Origin: a virus
Reading direction: 5' to 3' (one strand)
Virus record (IMG/VR): IMGVR_UViG_3300045988_116587
Span: 1-59,801 of that record
Length of the DNA: 59,801 bases
Shown: positions 17,201-25,089 of the stretch, one piece after another
Layout of the letters: each line of letters starts with the position of its first letter
How positions within the stretch are numbered: the first letter of the stretch is position 1
Notes under the pieces: model-generated
What the model was told of the DNA's origin: nothing
What the model saw: the letters and a program-made list of their open reading frames with translations, nothing else
Database searches by the model: none
Made by a program: the position numbers and the translations under genes

Positions 17201-17996
17201 AAACAGCAAACAATCTGGATTGCTATCTAAAGTAGAGAATCTGAAAAACGAAGCATTTTCCGCAGTTGGGGATGTTGCAAACAAAGTAAGATCGAAAGGT
17301 TCTGACTTAATCAGTGGAATCAGAAACGGGTATGAAAACAGCAAACAAAGTGGTCTGCTTTCTAAAGTATCTAATCTGAAAAATGAAGTTTTCTCGTATG
17401 TTGGCAACGTGGCTGATAGAGTAAAATCCAAAGGTTCAGATATTGTTTCCGGTATCAAATCTGGATATGAAAACAACAAATGGTCTATCCGAAGTGCTGT
17501 ATCAGGAATTCCAAACCTGATTAGCAGCGGAATCGGAAGTTTGTATAACATTGGACAAAGTGCTATTGCATCATTTGCTAACGGATTCTCTTCTATTCAC
17601 ATTCCAATGCCACATATTGGATGGAACTGGAACCGATTTGATCTTGGGGATTTTAGTTTTAGTGTTCCGTCATTCAACCTGAGATGGTACGCGAAAGGTG
17701 GATTCCCGAACATGGGGGAAATGTTCATCGCTGGCGAAAAAGGCCCTGAGATGGTCGGACAGATTGGAAAGAAAAATGCGGTTGCTAACAACACACAGAT
17801 CACAACAGCAATCAAAGAAGCAGTTGTTGAAGGTATGATGCAAGTTGCTATGGCTACCAGTACGGAACAGTCCGATGATCTTCCATATATCATCCATGTG
17901 GAAGTGAAAACACAGGACAATGAGGTTCTGGCGCAGGCAGTTGAAAAAGGAAAGGCAAGCAGGGACAGTAGAATGAATCCTAGTCCTGCTTTTTGA
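14202..17996 (+). CDS. Tape measure protein
   Basis: 1264-aa ORF after the chaperones. Coiled-coil N-terminus, Gly-rich tract, hydrophobic segment, internal tandem repeats. Confidence 0.9.
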   Translation: MSDEMDTLELQIEAKAKGANASLTGLVKRLGKVSDALTKVQALTAGFDKITNLDFGEIEAYRTELREFTKELKNIGNKPVKPRVDRSDLKYTYKTLDEIKEKFKDVGKNLDFSGLGQTELDAKIKQTEKKLSGLKDRLQEKLDTENVDTYGKAYVNLVYKIQKAENELKALKQVSTPFDPTSLKNMKIQRGDTGENTVNPVAAETTSTSSTNVQKIAESAKVASEEVRKLGQELNNVSTSENVSKPASGFEELKSEIIRTKEAIATLGNIPSQVKEIPGKIKEIFGNLKMKIQESSGVKMQPPDSSEIETTLKRIQSEIAITKEAIRQAFSAGDLAGVEELSAGLKELEKSQRAYTKLKESVYGAAQSGNAVTRAFQAIGSIGNKANNLAKGFDKVQKSVANARKMASKAIHPFRTLKELMGGVSSGGNGMGLGRMIGSSILFSSIFGAISQIKQAVKEGSDNLVQYSDTYNKSISGMVSSLLYLKNAWAAAFAPIINVVAPYVSAFIDMMARALNSVGQFMAALTGKGFVVQAKKAWKDYGASIADTSKNASKGLNNTNDSAKKLKKTIFGFDELNVLASNDNTGSNGGNGSGNGSGGGYTGPSPSDMFETIKVPDSMKDLADKFKEALANSDFTDIGRMISDKLSNALESIQWDKVYRHAENFGKDIATFLNGLITPRLFYDLGKTLANSINTALHSANAFAINFDWKNLGTSLAKSLKGFIENWDAKLTAQTFSNLVKGIINGITAYLQTLRSDEVFATVAKKIVDLICNVDWLGLGWDLLGLFTALARATLEMPVQIIKGIAEGIAENIFGVKSVEELKKKAWDYVLKGAAALNDKFTEWYDAAGNLISGFFKGIGDAVKNIKEWIKEYVVDPFIKGFKALFGINSPSTVMAEIGQWILPGFLNGVKEKVTDVINWFGSLPGKIKDALGNAKDWLVEKGKGAIEGIKNGWESVKDSNFLQNARKLKDEAFTAVGDVAGKVKQKGIDLISGIKSGYENSKQSGLLSKVENLKNEAFSAVGDVANKVRSKGSDLISGIRNGYENSKQSGLLSKVSNLKNEVFSYVGNVADRVKSKGSDIVSGIKSGYENNKWSIRSAVSGIPNLISSGIGSLYNIGQSAIASFANGFSSIHIPMPHIGWNWNRFDLGDFSFSVPSFNLRWYAKGGFPNMGEMFIAGEKGPEMVGQIGKKNAVANNTQITTAIKEAVVEGMMQVAMATSTEQSDDLPYIIHVEVKTQDNEVLAQAVEKGKASRDSRMNPSPAF
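17085..17483 (+). repeat. About 3.5 tandem copies of a 111-bp (37-aa) unit inside the tape measure gene
   Basis: Repeated peptide GLLSKV-NLKNEAFSAVGDVA-KV-SKGSDLISGI-(S/N)GYENSKQS read in the translation. Confidence 0.8.
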
Positions 17997-18008
17997 TAAG
18001 GAGGACAT

Positions 18009-18374
18009 ATGCCAAGAAATAATATGATGATGGTGGACGGGGTAAAAATCAAATCCCCGTCCTCTTTAACGTGGGGACAACAGGATATATCTGCTTCTGA
18101 TGCCGGAAGAACCGATGATACGATCATGCACAAGAACCGTGTTGGACAGAAAGTCACATTAAAGCTGGCATGGAACGGTATGGATCCTGACGAAACCAGT
18201 ACGATTCTGAAAGTATTCGATCCAGAGTATTTCCATGTGACGTACCACGATCCTAAAGAGAACAAAGTGGTTACAAAAGAGTTTTACTCCGGTGACAAAG
18301 AAGCAAAGTATTACTGTTGGACAGTGGGAAACAAGTTGTTTGAAAGCATTTCATTTAACATCATAGAAAGGTAG
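18009..18374 (+). CDS. Small distal-tail (Dit-like) protein, putative
   Basis: 121-aa ORF directly after the tape measure. Assigned by position only. Confidence 0.4.
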   Translation: MPRNNMMMVDGVKIKSPSSLTWGQQDISASDAGRTDDTIMHKNRVGQKVTLKLAWNGMDPDETSTILKVFDPEYFHVTYHDPKENKVVTKEFYSGDKEAKYYCWTVGNKLFESISFNIIER

Positions 18375-18378
18375 CACT

Positions 18379-21300
18379 ATGAGAAAAGTTACATCTGATT
18401 TCAAAAATCAAATTGAAAGAGATAATAGAAATTACTATGAGTGGGTGGATATTACTTTAAAGGATGGAACTGTACTCAACCTGACGAATCGGAATATCTG
18501 GAATTCCGGTATAAAAATCGAAGATGCGGTTTCAGATACTTCTGAATTCCAGATAGGAACAGCGATTATCAACAAAGCTACCGTGACGTTGAATAACCTG
18601 TACGATGATTTTACAGATTATGATTTTGACGAAGCAAAAATTGTAATCTATATAGGGTATAACATAGACAGCACTATTCTCTATAGAGTTCTGCAGGATA
18701 CCACAGGAAAAAATATTCTGGATACCACAGGAAACGAAATAGTAACGCTCGTCAACGGATCCATCGTTGAAAAGGTAAAAATGTTTACCGGAACCGTTGT
18801 TAATTCGCCGTACCAGAATAGTTCTCTGATAACGCTGACCTGCGAAGACAATATGCTTCTATTCGATCGTGATTATTCAGAAAGTAAGCTGATTTACCCG
18901 GCAACACGCGCTCAGATTCTCAGAGATGCTTGTGAAATGTGTGGCGTTAGCTTAGAAACACTTACTTTTGACAACTCAGATTATATCGTAAACACCAGAC
19001 CGTCTGATGAAAAGCTGACTTTCCGGCAGGTAATCGCATGGACGGCACAACTTGGCGGTCAGTTCTTACGGTGTAATTCTGATGGAAAACTGTTCTGCGG
19101 ATGGTATGATCTGAAAAACTATGAAGCAGATACGGTAAATGAAGAATACTTTGACGTAATCGCTTCAAACAGTTCTGTCACAGTGAACAGTGAAGATGTA
19201 ATTATTACCGGAATACAGGTAACAGCATATCAAGAGAATCAGAGCGAAGAGGAAGCAGCTGACACATCTTTATACGGAAAAACAGGTTATGTTATTGCGA
19301 TTGCTGATAACAAACTGATTGAAAAAGGAACAGCCAGTACTGTAGCAGCTATGATCGGCGAACGAGTGACAGGTATGCGGTTTCGACCGTTTTCAGCAAG
19401 TACACTGAATAATCCGACATATGAAGCAGGAGACATCTGCATCATAAAAGACAGAAAAGGTGTTTCTTACAAGTCTTTCCTTACTTCCAGTACATTTCAA
19501 GTTGGAAAGTATCATACGGTACAGTGCGGGGCGAAAAGCGCAGCTAAAAACAGCTCCAAACAATATTCGGTATTCTCTCAAGCGCAGGTTGAAAACAGAA
19601 AAAATTTCCAACGTGAGAAAACAGAAAGAGAAAAAGCAGTAGAGGAATTTAACAAAGCGTTGGACAGTGCATCTGGTATGTTTCCTACCGAAGTGAAGCA
19701 GGAAGACGGAAGCACAATTCTGTATGTTCACGACAAAAAGACATTAGAGGATTCAAAAAATGTCTTCAAGATAACAAGCTATGGCGTGGGATTTTCTACG
19801 GATGGTGGAAAAACATATCAATTCGGTTTTACGATTGACGGTGATTTCTTAACAAGAATACTGTACGCGGTAGGAATCAATGCGGATTATATCAACACCG
19901 GCGCGATCACAGTAAAAGATTCGGATGGAAATATAATTTTTCAGGCAGACATTGCAAATAAGCGTGTCATCATATCTGGAGATTATGTGCAAATCGGTGG
20001 CAAGACAGCTACCGATGCAATCAAAGCTGCGAACAGCACAGCCAGTAACGCACTGACAGCGGCGCAAAATGCCCGCAATATGACGTTACAGCTGTCTAAT
20101 GATTATTATTCTGTCAACGTAGATTCAAACGGAAAATACAGTGAATTTCCAACGGACGTGACCACGAAAGCGCAAGTCATGTATGGCGCAAATGACATCA
20201 CATCAGAATGTGCGTTCTCGATTACAAAGTCTGACAACATTTCCGGGACGTGGGACAGTGCAAAGCATCAGTATACGGTTACTGCTTTAACAGCTGATAC
20301 AGGATGGGTAAATATTCAGGCAACATATCTGAGTAAACTGACTGTCACCAAACAGTTCACGGTTGCGAAATTGTATGCTGGTGCTACAGGTAAAAAGGGA
20401 GAGCCGGGAACGCCCGGAAGAACTTATTTCATCGAACTTTCCTCAAGAGTTTTGAAACGTAGCAAAGACAACACGATTGCACCGAATTTTTTCACTATCA
20501 AAGGCTTTTATCGTGATGGAAATTCTACTACAAGAGTGGCATACAACGGTCGGTTCACCATCGAAGAAACAAACGATGGAAATACATGGAAACGAGTATA
20601 CACATCATCGGCAGACGAATCCTCGGTTACTCATTCTCTGTATACTGCCATTGCAACAGGTTCTGGAACGAATAGTGTGGTTGGTGACGGAAAAGGCAAC
20701 GCAATCGGATTTCCTAGAGATACCATAGCAGTACGATGCACGATGTATGCTTCTGGTGGCACTACCACAACACTTGACGTACAGGATTGCGCGATTCTGG
20801 TCGATGTGGATGCGTTGACACAGGAAGAGATTTTCAACGCACTGACAAACAATGGGGAAGTTAAAGGCATCTACAAGGAAGGTAATCAGTTGTATATCTC
20901 GTTTACTTACGCAAAGGGAGGACAACTTGCTCTTGGTGGATATGGAAATGGAAGAGGACAGCTGCAAATACTAGACGATAGAAACGCCGTAAGCGGATAT
21001 TTGGACAACAATGGCCTTTACTTTGCTGGTAACAAGAAAGTTGGAAGTTATAGCTATAGTTATAAATCATCTTTCGATGATGAAGAATTGAATTTTTATA
21101 TAAACAATTCCAAGACTCTTAATATCGCACCTCTATATGATACTTCTATGGGTGCTTACACAGGTTTCAGCGTGTACAAACCATTATTTATTATGCCAGG
21201 TGCCGGAGGAAGTGTTGGACTTAGATACAAAGGAACGGATTCAATAGGAGATTATCGGAGTCCTTTCTATTTTGGTGAAAGCGTTTATATGGACGGTGGA

Positions 21301-21729
21301 CTATCGGTCAGGGGAACGAAATCGAGAGAAGCAGAAACTGAAAATTATAACAATAGACTTTTGTATTGTTACGAAATGCCGACACCGTTCTTTGGAGATA
21401 TCGGAGGGGCGCAACTCGACGAAAATGGAATCTGTTACGTAGATATAGATGATGTTTTCTCTGAAACGATCAATTCAGATATGCAATATCACGTGTTCTT
21501 GCAAAAGGAAGGAGCTGGGGATATCTGGGTGAAGGAGAAGAATACAAATCATTTTGTCGTAGAAGGAACGCCAAACTTGAAATTTTCATGGGAATTAAAA
21601 GCAAGGCAGAAAGATTACGAGCAATACAGACTGGATGAAAACAGCGTGCCAGAATCGGACATAGCTACTGACCCATATCTAGAAGAGGGCCTAGATGAAT
21701 TTGAGAATTATGTACTTCAACGGAGGTAG
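18379..21729 (+). CDS. Tail-associated / tail-tip protein (Tal-like), with short collagen-like GXY run
   Basis: 1116-aa ORF after Dit. Contains GATGKKGEPGTPGRT. Size and position are typical of Tal or a minor structural protein. Confidence 0.7.
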   Translation: MRKVTSDFKNQIERDNRNYYEWVDITLKDGTVLNLTNRNIWNSGIKIEDAVSDTSEFQIGTAIINKATVTLNNLYDDFTDYDFDEAKIVIYIGYNIDSTILYRVLQDTTGKNILDTTGNEIVTLVNGSIVEKVKMFTGTVVNSPYQNSSLITLTCEDNMLLFDRDYSESKLIYPATRAQILRDACEMCGVSLETLTFDNSDYIVNTRPSDEKLTFRQVIAWTAQLGGQFLRCNSDGKLFCGWYDLKNYEADTVNEEYFDVIASNSSVTVNSEDVIITGIQVTAYQENQSEEEAADTSLYGKTGYVIAIADNKLIEKGTASTVAAMIGERVTGMRFRPFSASTLNNPTYEAGDICIIKDRKGVSYKSFLTSSTFQVGKYHTVQCGAKSAAKNSSKQYSVFSQAQVENRKNFQREKTEREKAVEEFNKALDSASGMFPTEVKQEDGSTILYVHDKKTLEDSKNVFKITSYGVGFSTDGGKTYQFGFTIDGDFLTRILYAVGINADYINTGAITVKDSDGNIIFQADIANKRVIISGDYVQIGGKTATDAIKAANSTASNALTAAQNARNMTLQLSNDYYSVNVDSNGKYSEFPTDVTTKAQVMYGANDITSECAFSITKSDNISGTWDSAKHQYTVTALTADTGWVNIQATYLSKLTVTKQFTVAKLYAGATGKKGEPGTPGRTYFIELSSRVLKRSKDNTIAPNFFTIKGFYRDGNSTTRVAYNGRFTIEETNDGNTWKRVYTSSADESSVTHSLYTAIATGSGTNSVVGDGKGNAIGFPRDTIAVRCTMYASGGTTTTLDVQDCAILVDVDALTQEEIFNALTNNGEVKGIYKEGNQLYISFTYAKGGQLALGGYGNGRGQLQILDDRNAVSGYLDNNGLYFAGNKKVGSYSYSYKSSFDDEELNFYINNSKTLNIAPLYDTSMGAYTGFSVYKPLFIMPGAGGSVGLRYKGTDSIGDYRSPFYFGESVYMDGGLSVRGTKSREAETENYNNRLLYCYEMPTPFFGDIGGAQLDENGICYVDIDDVFSETINSDMQYHVFLQKEGAGDIWVKEKNTNHFVVEGTPNLKFSWELKARQKDYEQYRLDENSVPESDIATDPYLEEGLDEFENYVLQRR

Positions 21730-21734
21730 AAAAA

Positions 21735-21932
21735 TTGAAGAAAGTAACGTCATTTACACACTTAATCACAGGCGAAGGAGATAGAATTGCATTTACGTTT
21801 TCCGAGATAGATGAAACGGGAATGGTAATTAGTCAAAATAACAAGAAAAACTTTGTTGTAGCGAACGAAGAAGTGTTAGGACATATAGACGCTATTAAAA
21901 AGTATATCCAGAAAACATTCCTTGATCAGTAA
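21735..21932 (+). CDS. Hypothetical protein
   Basis: 65-aa ORF. TTG start 7 nt after GGAGG. Confidence 0.45.
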   Translation: MKKVTSFTHLITGEGDRIAFTFSEIDETGMVISQNNKKNFVVANEEVLGHIDAIKKYIQKTFLDQ

Positions 21933-21947
21933 GAGAGGTGACAAAAT

Positions 21948-22436
21948 ATGAGCATGTTAAGTGTACCGGTAAAAGACCTGAACGAAAAGACGACTATCGA
22001 TAATAATACGTATGTGGTGTGTGGAAATACGGAAGCAAACAAGATTACATATGAGAATCTGGTAAAGCCGCTTAAGGATGAACTAAACTCCACTTTGAAA
22101 TGGTCAGATTGGAAAACGTTGGGTACTAATTTAGGAATAACTATCAACTATAGGTACAATGCATACGAGGTAGAACTTAATTACAGAGGAACTCTCGAAA
22201 AAAAAGTTATTTCTGGCGGTTCTGCTGGGTACGTTTTCCCATCGCTTCCAGATGGATTGAATCCTAAGTGGAATACAGAACACAGTATTTATGCCTGTGC
22301 CGGAAACAATACTGGAGCATTAACACTTCAATGTTATCCTACTGGTACCCCTAACACCTTTAAGATAACTTCGCACAAGACAATCACTGTTGAACCAGAA
22401 TATGTTTGCGGCTATTTCAGATACACCAGAAATTAG
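21948..22436 (+). CDS. Hypothetical tail/baseplate-associated protein
   Basis: 162-aa ORF in the tail module. Confidence 0.55.
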   Translation: MSMLSVPVKDLNEKTTIDNNTYVVCGNTEANKITYENLVKPLKDELNSTLKWSDWKTLGTNLGITINYRYNAYEVELNYRGTLEKKVISGGSAGYVFPSLPDGLNPKWNTEHSIYACAGNNTGALTLQCYPTGTPNTFKITSHKTITVEPEYVCGYFRYTRN

Positions 22437-22679
22437 TATATTTTAATTTCGTCAAATAGGTGTAAAAATGTTGTAATTAAGAGTTTCTAATAAATAACCA
22501 TTGATACGTAACACTTACGTTGAAGACGAGAAAGCGAAGGAGGACTAATCATGGCAATCACATGGAAAGATTATCTGGAAAAATCGAAACCTGCCGACAC
22601 AGACAAACTATATCGTGAACGACATAAATAAGAAGTTAAAAGAGCTGGGTACTGGTGAAGAAACAGGGAGGTGATTAAA

Positions 22680-22976
22680 GTGAACTGGAATGAATATCCC
22701 AAAAAAGAATCTATGCCAGCTGATGAAGATGAACTCATGCAGTTGGAACAAGAATCTGGAACTAACAAAACCATCCGACTGATATACTTTTTCAATTGGA
22801 TTCTTTCAAAAATAAAACAACACGAATTCACTCTAAACACTAAAAGCAAAACCATTGAAAACGCAATCAACGAAGTGGATGCCACAACAAAAAGTAAAGC
22901 GGATGGAAAGGGGATTAGTTTCACTGTCAGTAAGACTGGAAACCTGCAGGTGACTTATGATGACGGGAGGGAGTAG
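22680..22976 (+). CDS. Tail-fibre-associated protein (N-terminal PADEDELxxLxxxSGTNKTI motif)
   Basis: GTG 22680 follows GGGAGG, in frame with tracked ORF 22671..22976. Confidence 0.5.
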   Translation: MNWNEYPKKESMPADEDELMQLEQESGTNKTIRLIYFFNWILSKIKQHEFTLNTKSKTIENAINEVDATTKSKADGKGISFTVSKTGNLQVTYDDGRE

Positions 22977-22978
22977 AT

Positions 22979-23848
22979 ATGGCACAGAAAACTATAGATT
23001 TTGAGAATGATATTCTCGGACCTATTGGTTCACTAAAGGAAGATTTAGCTGACTTAAAAGATAACAAAATCACAAAATTCTATACAAGCAATAATGGTGA
23101 TACAGTATTGAATGACAGTGACGATGGAAAAATACAGGATTTAGTGATTTATGGAAAGTCTGAACAGAAACAGTATAAAGGGACGAATTTGGCTATTATT
23201 AAGTATCCACGTATTCCGACTGTACTTAGTGGTATTACATTTACTATCAATGATGATGGCTCGGTAACATTGAATGGTACTAGCACTGCTGATACCATAG
23301 ATTTTTATTTGTATGGTGCGTGGGGGGATATTGCCAGTGTAGAACTTGATGCTGATAAGGATTACACTGCAAGACGAATGCCAAAAGGAATAGTTTTTGC
23401 ATATGGTACAGTAAGTAATACAGTGGTCATAAAGCAAGAAGATGGGCATAACAAAGGAGTGCCAATTGCATTTATTTTTATTAGAGTTACGGGTATTGGT
23501 ACAGCTTTTAATAATGTTACTATTTATCCTCAAATAAATGAAGGTGGAACATTATTAGACTATGAGCCGTACACAGGTGGCAAACCATCACCTAGTCCAG
23601 AGTATCCACAAGAAATTAAAGCAGTGGTAAATCCTGTTATTAAAACGTATGGAAAGAATTTGTTAAAAGTGACATTCCAGGATAAAATGCAGGATGGGGT
23701 GACTTGCACAAACAATGGTGATGGAACTTATACTCTGAATGGAACGGCAACAAGACAAACAGATTTTAGTCTGTTTGGGAAGTACGATAGTACAGTTAGA
23801 ATCCCCACTGATATCCGAAAGACATACATCATCAAAAAAAAGTGGTAA
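22979..23848 (+). CDS. Tail fibre / receptor-binding protein, upstream frame (ends 2 codons after an A8 tract)
   Basis: 289-aa ORF with one complete ~110-aa repeat ending NNVTIYPQINEGG...YEPY, and the first part of a second copy. Confidence 0.7.
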   Translation: MAQKTIDFENDILGPIGSLKEDLADLKDNKITKFYTSNNGDTVLNDSDDGKIQDLVIYGKSEQKQYKGTNLAIIKYPRIPTVLSGITFTINDDGSVTLNGTSTADTIDFYLYGAWGDIASVELDADKDYTARRMPKGIVFAYGTVSNTVVIKQEDGHNKGVPIAFIFIRVTGIGTAFNNVTIYPQINEGGTLLDYEPYTGGKPSPSPEYPQEIKAVVNPVIKTYGKNLLKVTFQDKMQDGVTCTNNGDGTYTLNGTATRQTDFSLFGKYDSTVRIPTDIRKTYIIKKKW

Positions 23849-24731
23849 TAGTAACATTCAGTTTCATGTGGGTGTAGCAAATAAATATACAGTGACATGC
23901 GCTACCGAAGATGGATTAATTGAGAACAAAGCAGGAATATCTTACTTTATATGTCGAATATTAAGTGGAGCTACATTAAATAATTTTACGATATATCCAC
24001 AAATTGAAGAAGGTTCTGTTTCTACAGATTTCAAACCATATCAAGAAACACAAGCAACACTGCCTTATGAATTATATGCAATTCCAGTATCATCCGGTGG
24101 GAATGTTACAATAGATGGTCAACAGTATATAGCTGATTATGTGGACATTGAACGTGGGAAACTGGTTAGGATGACTGAGCTAATAGAATATGATGGTACT
24201 GAGAATTGGAGTTTACAATCAATTAACAATAATGGTATTGCTAATTTTCAAATTATAGTCACAAGGTATATTGGCAGTATAGGCATGTGTGATACACTCC
24301 AATTACAAAAAACTATTATCAGCAATACAAATACAGAAGGATTTATGATAAATAATAATTCATTATTTATTCGTATTAACACCACTAGAGGCATATCAAC
24401 GCTTGAAACATTTAAAGAATTTTTAGCGAATAAGCATATCTTTATTTTATATGCATTGTCCACGCCAACCGAAATTGACCTCGTTAAGGAAGAAATTACC
24501 GCATTTAAAGCATTATCAACATATTATCCAAAAACATATGTTGATGCAGAATCAGAACAATTAGAAGCCTACACAATGTTTAACTATCCTGTATCTATGG
24601 AAAAAGGTTGGGAATATGTTAAACAACAAATAGGCGATACACGCAAGTATGTGTATGATATGGATTTACAATCAGCAGAAGCCTACGTCAACAGTGAATA
24701 TGCGGTAGCACTTACGGAATTGGAGGTATGA
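23841..24731 (+). CDS. Tail fibre, downstream frame (continues the second repeat after net +1 shift in A8 23834-23841)
   Basis: The +1 frame continues ...SGNSNIQFHVGVANKYTV...LNNFTIYPQIEEGSVSTDFKPYQE, completing the domain begun in the upstream frame. Confidence 0.65.
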   Translation, partial: SGNSNIQFHVGVANKYTVTCATEDGLIENKAGISYFICRILSGATLNNFTIYPQIEEGSVSTDFKPYQETQATLPYELYAIPVSSGGNVTIDGQQYIADYVDIERGKLVRMTELIEYDGTENWSLQSINNNGIANFQIIVTRYIGSIGMCDTLQLQKTIISNTNTEGFMINNNSLFIRINTTRGISTLETFKEFLANKHIFILYALSTPTEIDLVKEEITAFKALSTYYPKTYVDAESEQLEAYTMFNYPVSMEKGWEYVKQQIGDTRKYVYDMDLQSAEAYVNSEYAVALTELEV

Positions 24732-24733
24732 TT

Positions 24734-24895
24734 ATGTTATATAGAACACTATTAAAGCTTAAAGAAAGAAACGGTCTGACAGACGATTTAAAGAATAAGA
24801 TTGATATTTTCTTCGCAACAGGCAGGATTACTGAGGAACAGTATAATGAGCTGATGAATGTTAATAAGGAAGAAGAACCGAAAGCGGAAAACTAA
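24734..24895 (+). CDS. XkdX-like small protein
   Basis: 53-aa ORF MLYRTLLKLKERNGLTDDLKNKIDIFFATGRITEEQYNELM..., with the typical XkdX-family (I)TEEQY motif, after the tail fibre genes. Confidence 0.6.
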   Translation: MLYRTLLKLKERNGLTDDLKNKIDIFFATGRITEEQYNELMNVNKEEEPKAEN

Positions 24896-25046
24896 TTAAC
24901 TAAAGAGGACTGTTATCTATCAAGAAATGCAATTATATTATTGACTACGAACACGATTAAAAATGATAGGGACAAAGGAGCACAAAAATTATATGCACTT
25001 ATTATATAAAATGTGCAGGAATCCGGGAAGAGAAAGACGAGTAAAG

Positions 25047-25070
25047 GGAGAGCATCGGCTCTCCTTTTTT
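25047..25070 (+). terminator. Intrinsic terminator upstream of the endolysin gene
   Basis: Stem GGAGAGC-ATCG-GCTCTCC followed by T6. Confidence 0.75.
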
Positions 25071-25089
25071 GGTGCGGAAAGGAGAAATT

